From the NCBI GenBank assembly GCA_963789135.1, contig CAWBJJ010000002.1:471736-535735 (forward strand): a DNA stretch of 64,000 nucleotides. The letters are read 5' to 3'. The stretch comes from an uncultured Acidobacteriota bacterium (lineage in GTDB: Bacteria > Actinomycetota > Acidimicrobiia > Spongiisociales > ZC4RG35). The notes under the pieces were generated by a model, which worked only from the letters and a program-made list of their open reading frames with translations, was not told the origin of the DNA and did not search any database. A program made the position numbers and the translations under genes. Shown in pieces: positions 56,772 to 64,000 of this stretch (positions are counted from its first letter, which is position 1; each line of letters begins with the position of its first letter).

Positions 56772-56861
56772 ATGAAGGCCCGTTTGGTCCGCATTCTCGC
56801 TGCTGCCGCCAGCCTTGCAGCCGTGATAGCCGCAGGCTCGGCTTCATCCCGAATCGGCTGA
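56772..56861 (+). CDS. Candidate 29-aa signal-peptide-like micro-protein
   Basis: MKARLVRILAAAASLAAVIAAGSASSRIG. AAGGTGA lies 10 nt upstream of the ATG. It sits 50 nt upstream of the HD-GYP gene. Confidence 0.3.
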   Translation: MKARLVRILAAAASLAAVIAAGSASSRIG

Positions 56862-56913
56862 TAGTCGGCGCCGGCTCACCGTGCACATAGGGCGTCATGT
56901 AATCAGGGATCCC

Positions 56914-58314
56914 ATGAAACTGAGAAGGAACAGAACGCTTAGGGGCTGGTTCGGCCGTCTCCGTCCAACGGTGCAGCGTCGACTGCTGATCGCTGTGCCC
57001 TATTCCCTGATGGGTGTGGCCACCCTGATCGTGACCTATATGGTCTCCGGACCACCCGCCTGGAAGATCTGGCTCCCATTCACCGCCCTATTCGTCCTAC
57101 TCGAGTTCTTCGCGGTCGAGGTAAATGACCGCCTCCTTCAATCGTCTTCGGTGATGGTGGCGATGACCGCCGGTGTCATCCTCGCCATCGAGCCGGGCTC
57201 GAACGCCATGTTCGGCATGGCCCTCATGGGTGGCATGGCGATGTTCACCCCGCTCGACTTCAAAGAGAAGCGATGGTTCCAACCCCTGGCCAATTTCGGG
57301 CAATTCGTCCTGGCCGGGGCGGTCGCCGGGTTCCTCCTCGACGCCAACCTCGGTCGTCTCCAGGGCCAGGCATTGGACACCGACAACCTGGTCCGAGTGG
57401 CAGTGGCCTCATCGCTGGCCGCTCTCGCCTATGCCACCGTGCAGGCGGTCCTGATTCGTAAGGCGGTGAAGACCGTCTTTGGGGCCGACAACCTTCAGCC
57501 CTGGTCACAGATGCATGTCCTGTTCCTCGGGCAATTCGCCATGGGCCTGCTCGGCGGCCTCATCGGTGGCGCCTTTCTCATTGCCGGCCGGGACGCGGTC
57601 CTGGTCTTGATCGTCGGGGTCTACGCGATCGGGCACATGTCGCTCTACGCGTTCTCCCAACTCAGAGAGTCGCACATCGGCTCGATCCGGGGCTTCGTCA
57701 AGACCCTCGAGGCGAAAGACATGTACACACGCGGCCATACCGAGCGGGTGGCCTACTTCGCCCAGATGATCGGCGAGGAGCTCGGGTTCACCGGCACCCA
57801 GCAGGAGAAGGTGCGTTGGGCCGCCCTGATCCATGACCTGGGGAAGCTGGCGGTCCCCACCGAGTTGATCAGGAAGCGGGGGCGCCTCGATGACGAGGAG
57901 TACGCCGAGATGCAGACCCATGCCCACCTCGTCGAGGAGATCCTCGCGGAAGTCGACTTCCTGCAACCAATGGTGGAGATCGCCTCAGGCCATCACAGCA
58001 ACTACGACGGGTCCGGATACGGGGGCCGGGGCCACACCAGTGGCCAGACTCCGAGCCTGGAGGCTTGCATCGTCGGGGTTGCCGATGCCTTCGATGCAAT
58101 GACCTCCGCCCGCTCCTACCGGATGGCTCTCTCCCAGCAGTACGCCCTCCAGGAGCTGAGGCGGCACTCGGGGGGCCAGTTCCATCCCGATGTGGTGGAC
58201 GCCTTCGAGAAGGCGTTGAACAAGGCCGGGCACAAGTATGGGGCCCCACATGTCAATGACGAGGAGATGGCACGTCGCCTCGCCGAAGAGCCGGAGCTGA
58301 CTCTCCGTGGCTAA
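56914..58314 (+). CDS. Multi-pass membrane HD-GYP-type phosphohydrolase (GYP replaced by GYG)
   Basis: About 7 TM helices, then RGHTERV, LIHDLGKLAVP, GHHSNYDGSGYGG and VADAFDAMTSARSYR. Start is ATG 56914 or GTG 56881. Confidence 0.85.
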   Translation: MKLRRNRTLRGWFGRLRPTVQRRLLIAVPYSLMGVATLIVTYMVSGPPAWKIWLPFTALFVLLEFFAVEVNDRLLQSSSVMVAMTAGVILAIEPGSNAMFGMALMGGMAMFTPLDFKEKRWFQPLANFGQFVLAGAVAGFLLDANLGRLQGQALDTDNLVRVAVASSLAALAYATVQAVLIRKAVKTVFGADNLQPWSQMHVLFLGQFAMGLLGGLIGGAFLIAGRDAVLVLIVGVYAIGHMSLYAFSQLRESHIGSIRGFVKTLEAKDMYTRGHTERVAYFAQMIGEELGFTGTQQEKVRWAALIHDLGKLAVPTELIRKRGRLDDEEYAEMQTHAHLVEEILAEVDFLQPMVEIASGHHSNYDGSGYGGRGHTSGQTPSLEACIVGVADAFDAMTSARSYRMALSQQYALQELRRHSGGQFHPDVVDAFEKALNKAGHKYGAPHVNDEEMARRLAEEPELTLRG

Positions 58315-59551
58315 CTGGCATCCTCGGGCCCTGGCAGTGATCTCTTATCTGTTCCCCGTCATCTCGGGGGGCCTCGGCGTCTATTGCGCCACCAAGGCCA
58401 CAGCATCGTTCTCCCAGCTTGCAGTGGCGGTGACCGCCATGGTGATCGGATCGCTGGTCGGTGTAGCCACCTCCAACTCCGGCAACAAATTCACCACCGG
58501 GTTGGCGGTCGCTGCGGCGATCCCCTTCGTCCTCAGCGGGCCGGCGGGCGTCGACCTCGCCGGGACCATCGCCACCTACGGGCTTGGCCTCGCCATCGTT
58601 TGGGTCATCGGGTTTGCCCGGGGTGAGGACCACGCCGAGTTGCTCCCCACCCTGGTCCGGCGGCTCGCCGGGTACGTGACCTACGCCACCGTCTACTCGG
58701 CGATGCGGATCGGGATCTTTGCTGACCTCACCGGTGGGTGGCAGGACCTGTTGCCGTTCGGGATCGCACTTGCCGCCTGGATCGCGGTGGAGGTGCTGCT
58801 CCGGGCTGCCTTCGTGCTCGGCCCGTCGGAGTTGTCCCGCACCTACCTGGCCCGTTCCTCGATCTACGACCTCAACGTCTTCCTCGGCCTGACACTCACC
58901 GGCGCCCTCTTCGGAGAGTTGTTCCCCGCCCTGGGCTGGTGGGCCCTTCCCATCGCCCTTCTCCCGTACTCGTTCGCCCACTCCGCGTTCAGCCGCTTCC
59001 AGAAGACCAAGTCCACGTACAAGCAGACGATCAGGGCTCTCGCCCGGATTCCCGAGGTCTCCGGTCTCGGAGTCGACGGCCACGCCGATCGCACCACCGA
59101 CCTTGCATCCGCAGTGGCCAAGGAGATGGGCATGGGACCGGCCCAGGTCGAGGACGTGGAGTACGCCGGTCTGATGCACGACATCGGCAGGGTGAGCCTC
59201 AACGAGCCGCAGATCATCAGGATGGGCTACACCAACGACGACATCGCGGGCTGGAGTGCGGAGATCATCGCCGAGTCACCCTTCTTGGACCGGGTGGCCG
59301 AGCACGTCCGACGGCAGTACGAGTCCTATCGCAGGCCGGGGGAGATGAGCGACCCCGACGTCTCGATCGTGAGCCGCATCATCAAAGTCTCGGCTGCCTA
59401 CGACTGGCAGGTCTACCAGGACGGGCTGTCGCCGCTTCAGGCCCTGGAGAACCTCCACGCGGGCGCGGCTTACGAATATGACCCTGAGGTCGTGGCCTCC
59501 GTGCGCCGCATCCTGGAGAATCGCGGCGTCCTCGCCTCATCCCGATCCTGA
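58307..59551 (+). CDS. Multi-pass membrane HD-domain protein (no GYP motif)
   Basis: TM-rich N-terminal half, then GHADRT and LMHDIGRVSL. 8-nt overlap with the upstream HD-GYP gene. Confidence 0.8.
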   Translation: MANWHPRALAVISYLFPVISGGLGVYCATKATASFSQLAVAVTAMVIGSLVGVATSNSGNKFTTGLAVAAAIPFVLSGPAGVDLAGTIATYGLGLAIVWVIGFARGEDHAELLPTLVRRLAGYVTYATVYSAMRIGIFADLTGGWQDLLPFGIALAAWIAVEVLLRAAFVLGPSELSRTYLARSSIYDLNVFLGLTLTGALFGELFPALGWWALPIALLPYSFAHSAFSRFQKTKSTYKQTIRALARIPEVSGLGVDGHADRTTDLASAVAKEMGMGPAQVEDVEYAGLMHDIGRVSLNEPQIIRMGYTNDDIAGWSAEIIAESPFLDRVAEHVRRQYESYRRPGEMSDPDVSIVSRIIKVSAAYDWQVYQDGLSPLQALENLHAGAAYEYDPEVVASVRRILENRGVLASSRS

Positions 59552-59573
59552 TCGGACTTATCGAGGGCGATTC

Positions 59574-60164
59574 TCAGGTCTTGGTCGCGGACCCTGCCTG
59601 GGCGTGCGCTCCCCGCTTGAACCAGCGCCGGGGGCGGCGCAACTCGTGCTCGAGGAACCATCCAAGGCCAACCGCGAGGAACACGTCTCCGAGGCTGATG
59701 ACCTGGCCGATCTCCGCGATCCGCAGCGGAATCACATCGGCGAAGAAGGTGAGTCGGCTCGACTCGTCGAGCACGACGTGCTTGAAGGAGCCTGAGAAGT
59801 CGGGGACCGAGACGGTGAAGCCGCTGGCGACCTCGGCCGCGCCGGCGAGGACCGGCATCCCACCGTTCAGGGCGATCACCGTGAAGTTCATCAGCACCCC
59901 GATCCCGGCCAGCCACATCCCCGGCTTGGTTCGATTCAGGATCACGAGGACCATCAGAAGCACGAAAGAGCTGAGCACCATGGCGAGAGCAAGGCCCTCG
60001 GACCAGCTCGCATCGGGCAGAAAGCCGGTGGCGGCCTGCAGCAGGAACCCGACAATGAGGAGCCACCACGCCTTGAGCTCGATGTCTCCGAGGTTGGAGA
60101 GGCGGCCACCTCGCAGGACGGCGATCGCGAGGGAAAGGAAGAGGACGATCGCGAGCCATAACAT
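59574..60164 (-). CDS. DUF5317-family membrane protein
   Basis: MLWLAIVLFLSLAIAVLRGGRLSNL...IALNGGMPV...KHVVLDESSRLTFFADVIPL matches my memory of DUF5317. ATG at 60164. Confidence 0.65.
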   Translation of the reverse strand: MLWLAIVLFLSLAIAVLRGGRLSNLGDIELKAWWLLIVGFLLQAATGFLPDASWSEGLALAMVLSSFVLLMVLVILNRTKPGMWLAGIGVLMNFTVIALNGGMPVLAGAAEVASGFTVSVPDFSGSFKHVVLDESSRLTFFADVIPLRIAEIGQVISLGDVFLAVGLGWFLEHELRRPRRWFKRGAHAQAGSATKT

Positions 60165-60215
60165 GAGAAGCCGACGGTAATACGCGGCGTGGTGTTGACA
60201 AGAAAGGGAAAATCG

Positions 60216-60980
60216 ATGGTGCGCTACGAAGTGGCCGACGGCCGGGCGACGATCACGATCGACGATCCGGAGCGTCGAAACCCACTCTCGGTCGAGGTGA
60301 TGGCCGGGCTGCTCGACGCCACCAGGCAGGCATCGCAGGATCCCGCGGTCCGAGTCCTGGTGTACACCGGCGAGGGCGAGCGTGCCTTCAGCGCCGGTGG
60401 CGACCTGACGGGATCCTTCGTCGACGACCCGATCGGGCTGCACCGGGCCCGTGGTGTCCTCGCCGATCTCTTCCGCCTCATGTGGCGAGGCGGCAAGCCC
60501 ACGGTTGCGAGGGTCAACGGCGACGCTCTCGCCGGAGGGTTCGGCCTCGCCGTGGCCTGCGACATCACCATCTGCGTCGACGACGCCAGGCTGGGGACAC
60601 CTGAAGTTGGTGTTGGCCTGTGGCCGATGATGATCGGCTCGGTCCTTTCCCGGGCCATGCCCCGCAAGGCCCTGTTGGAGCTCATGGTCACCGGCCGTCT
60701 CATCGACCCCGAGGAAGCTTTCAGGCTGGGGGCTGTATCCAGAGTGGTGGCCCGGAACGATCTGGACGACGCGGTCGAGGAGACTGTTCTCAAATTGGTC
60801 TCGGCCAGTCCGGCCACATTGATGCTTGGCCGTGATGCCTTCTATGCCCTCGCAGATCTGGGTATCGACGCCGGCCTCGACCGGATGCAGGCCGGGTTGA
60901 CCGCGATAGCGATGTCGGAAGATGCCTCCGAGGGAATCCAGGCATTCCGGGAGAAGCGTTCGCCGCAGTGGGGAACCTAG
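60216..60980 (+). CDS. Enoyl-CoA hydratase/isomerase (crotonase) family protein
   Basis: ITIDDPERRNPL, FSAGGDL, VNGDALAGGFGLAVACD and EGIQAFREKR. Confidence 0.9.
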   Translation: MVRYEVADGRATITIDDPERRNPLSVEVMAGLLDATRQASQDPAVRVLVYTGEGERAFSAGGDLTGSFVDDPIGLHRARGVLADLFRLMWRGGKPTVARVNGDALAGGFGLAVACDITICVDDARLGTPEVGVGLWPMMIGSVLSRAMPRKALLELMVTGRLIDPEEAFRLGAVSRVVARNDLDDAVEETVLKLVSASPATLMLGRDAFYALADLGIDAGLDRMQAGLTAIAMSEDASEGIQAFREKRSPQWGT

Positions 60981-61028
60981 ATCCCAGCGAGTTCCGTATT
61001 GCGATTGGCGCGCTTATAGCCTGCCCCG

Positions 61029-61715
61029 ATGTCCCGACGTGCCATCCAGGTTGCTGGTTGGACCTTGATCTGGGGTGGGGTGCTCATCTTTGGCTACCTG
61101 GGTTGGCAGTTGGTGGGAACGGACCTGCTCAATGCCAGGGTTCAGGCCGCGGCCGAGACCGAGCTCGGCGGCTTCTTCGAGACCGAGCGCTCCGATCTCC
61201 CCGAGGTCCAGGAAGTCGAGGGGCTCGAAGAGCAGGTCCTGGAATACCACCCCGAGGACGTCCCTGAGGAAGGCTCCGAGTTCGCCCGCCTCAAGGTGGC
61301 AAGGGTGGGACTGGACGCTGTGGTCTTCGAGGGCGTCGCCCGCGACACGCTGACCCAGGGCCCGGGCCACATGCCGGGGACCCCGATTCCCGGCCAGCCC
61401 GGCAACTCGGTGATCTCCGGTCATCGCACGACCTACGGCCGGCCGTTCTTCAATTTCGACCTCCTGGTCCCCGGGGACATCATTGAGGTGGAGACATCGA
61501 TCGGCACTCATGTCTACGAGGTGAGAGAGAACTTCCTGGTTCAGCCCGAGGACCTCTGGGTGACCGACGACAGAGCCGGGGGTTGGCTAACGCTGACTAC
61601 CTGCCATCCCAAGTTCTCGGCCCGGGAACGGTTGATCATCACCGCCGAGCTGGTCGACGGCCCGAACCTCGGGTACATCGAGGACCTCAAGGTGAGGCTC
61701 GAGGGGATCTCCTAG
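61029..61715 (+). CDS. Class E sortase
   Basis: N-terminal TM anchor, GHMPGTPIPGQPGNSVISGHR and LTLTTCHP. Confidence 0.85.
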   Translation: MSRRAIQVAGWTLIWGGVLIFGYLGWQLVGTDLLNARVQAAAETELGGFFETERSDLPEVQEVEGLEEQVLEYHPEDVPEEGSEFARLKVARVGLDAVVFEGVARDTLTQGPGHMPGTPIPGQPGNSVISGHRTTYGRPFFNFDLLVPGDIIEVETSIGTHVYEVRENFLVQPEDLWVTDDRAGGWLTLTTCHPKFSARERLIITAELVDGPNLGYIEDLKVRLEGIS

Positions 61716-62188
61716 CCGACGAGCAGGTCGAGGGTCTCCTCGTCGAGGAGCCCATTGATCATCCGGACCACTGTGCCGCTCTCGTCGATGTAGTAGGTGG
61801 CAGGAAGCCCGAAGCTCGGATAGGCCGCCCGGAAGGCCTCGTCTCCCAGGCCCAGCGGGTAGGAGACTGCGACTTGGGCGGCGAATTCCTCAGAGTCGGC
61901 ACGGGCGTCTTCGACGCTGACACCAAGCACCGCCACTCCGGGATTGCTTTCGGCAAATTCGTCGAGAGTCGGCATCTCCTCACGGCAGGGGATGCACCAC
62001 GAAGCCCAGAGGTTGAGCACCAGCGGCCGTCCGTCCTCCTCGATGTGACTGGAGAGATCGAACGAGCCCCCGCCTATCAGTTCGACCGTGAAGCCGGGGG
62101 CCGGAGCACCGACCTCGGCGACATCAGCTTCCTGGTCCAAGGCCCGGGCTACCACGAGCCCAACGACGACGACGCCGACGAAAACCAC
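61712..62188 (-). CDS. TlpA/redoxin-family thiol-disulfide oxidoreductase
   Basis: TM anchor and WASWCIPC active site. The start is uncertain: the basic n-region GRRLLLT lies upstream of the first canonical start. Confidence 0.8.
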   Translation of the reverse strand: MVFVGVVVVGLVVARALDQEADVAEVGAPAPGFTVELIGGGSFDLSSHIEEDGRPLVLNLWASWCIPCREEMPTLDEFAESNPGVAVLGVSVEDARADSEEFAAQVAVSYPLGLGDEAFRAAYPSFGLPATYYIDESGTVVRMINGLLDEETLDLLVG

Positions 62189-62237
62189 GGTGAGGAGGAG
62201 TCTTCGCCCCGGAAGGGGGCCCGGGGCCGGCGCCGGC

Positions 62238-64000
<1,763 letters not shown>

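Noticed and set aside
58253-59179. 308-aa minus-strand ORF, and the 247-aa + ORF at 58738-59481
   Set aside because: They are antisense to, or out of frame with, the second HD-domain gene, and their composition is Arg/Gly/Pro-rich.

Overview
This is a high-GC window (about two-thirds G+C by eye, not computed). It looks like ordinary chromosomal backbone of an actinobacterium. That guess rests on gene content: class E sortase, ino1, a menaquinone cluster, F420 genes (cofC and an LLM oxidoreductase), and an MprAB-PepD-like envelope-stress cluster. An Acidimicrobiia-like organism is possible, but I cannot verify it without a search.

I can support about 65 protein-coding genes, one tRNA-Glu(UUC) and one cobalamin riboswitch. 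I saw no rRNA, CRISPR array, transposase, integrase or phage genes. Genes are tightly packed, often with ATGA/GTGA/TTGA start-stop overlaps. Most long ORFs in the six-frame track that lie antisense to these genes are the usual high-GC artefacts.

Recognisable blocks:
- hppA (truncated at the 5' edge)
- an ABC-2 exporter with a NarL-type two-component system
- a methyltransferase / zinc-ribbon RNase HI / DUF2332 trio
- ilvE, an FAH-family gene, gltX and tRNA-Glu
- DsbB-like and TlpA genes
- rpiB, murA, a nifU-like gene and meaB
- ppdK
- menA, menB and menE
- ino1, arfB and an O-methyltransferase
- a lone sufB
- two tandem CNNM/CorC genes
- an OmpR-type response regulator, a histidine kinase and an HtrA protease
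- a cobalamin riboswitch followed by btuFCD-like genes and cobO
- an AlkZ/YcaQ-like glycosylase followed by an adenylate cyclase/NB-ARC/TPR giant
- a phosphofructokinase predicted to use pyrophosphate
- DUF885, a flavin reductase, a LysM-M23 peptidase and rlmN
- an F420 LLM oxidoreductase and a GGT-family gene
- two membrane HD/HD-GYP proteins opposite a DUF5317 gene
- a crotonase, sortase E, a redoxin and acnA (truncated at the 3' edge)

I did not find a convincing self-contained novel system such as a defence island or biosynthetic cluster. The points most worth a second look are:
1. Seven conserved genes, including gltX, are each split by a single-base indel at a short homopolymer. This most likely reflects assembly quality.
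2. The B12 riboswitch has an explicit hairpin that sequesters the SD and start codon, plus an anti-sequestor.
3. hppA, ppdK and the PFK (Asp/Lys specificity signature) together suggest a pyrophosphate-based energy economy.
4. The GGT-family gene has a conserved N-terminus with no canonical start. The only candidate is a CTG inside a CTGA overlap.
5. An AT-richer gap with a 9-4-9 inverted repeat and a 29-codon signal-peptide-like micro-ORF precedes the HD-GYP pair.
6. A 27-nt direct repeat duplicates the sufB stop/ATGA junction.
7. A 58-codon ORF, below the track's length cut-off, sits in the largest ORF-free gap.

All product calls come from motif and architecture recognition by eye. No BLAST, HMM or covariance searches were run.
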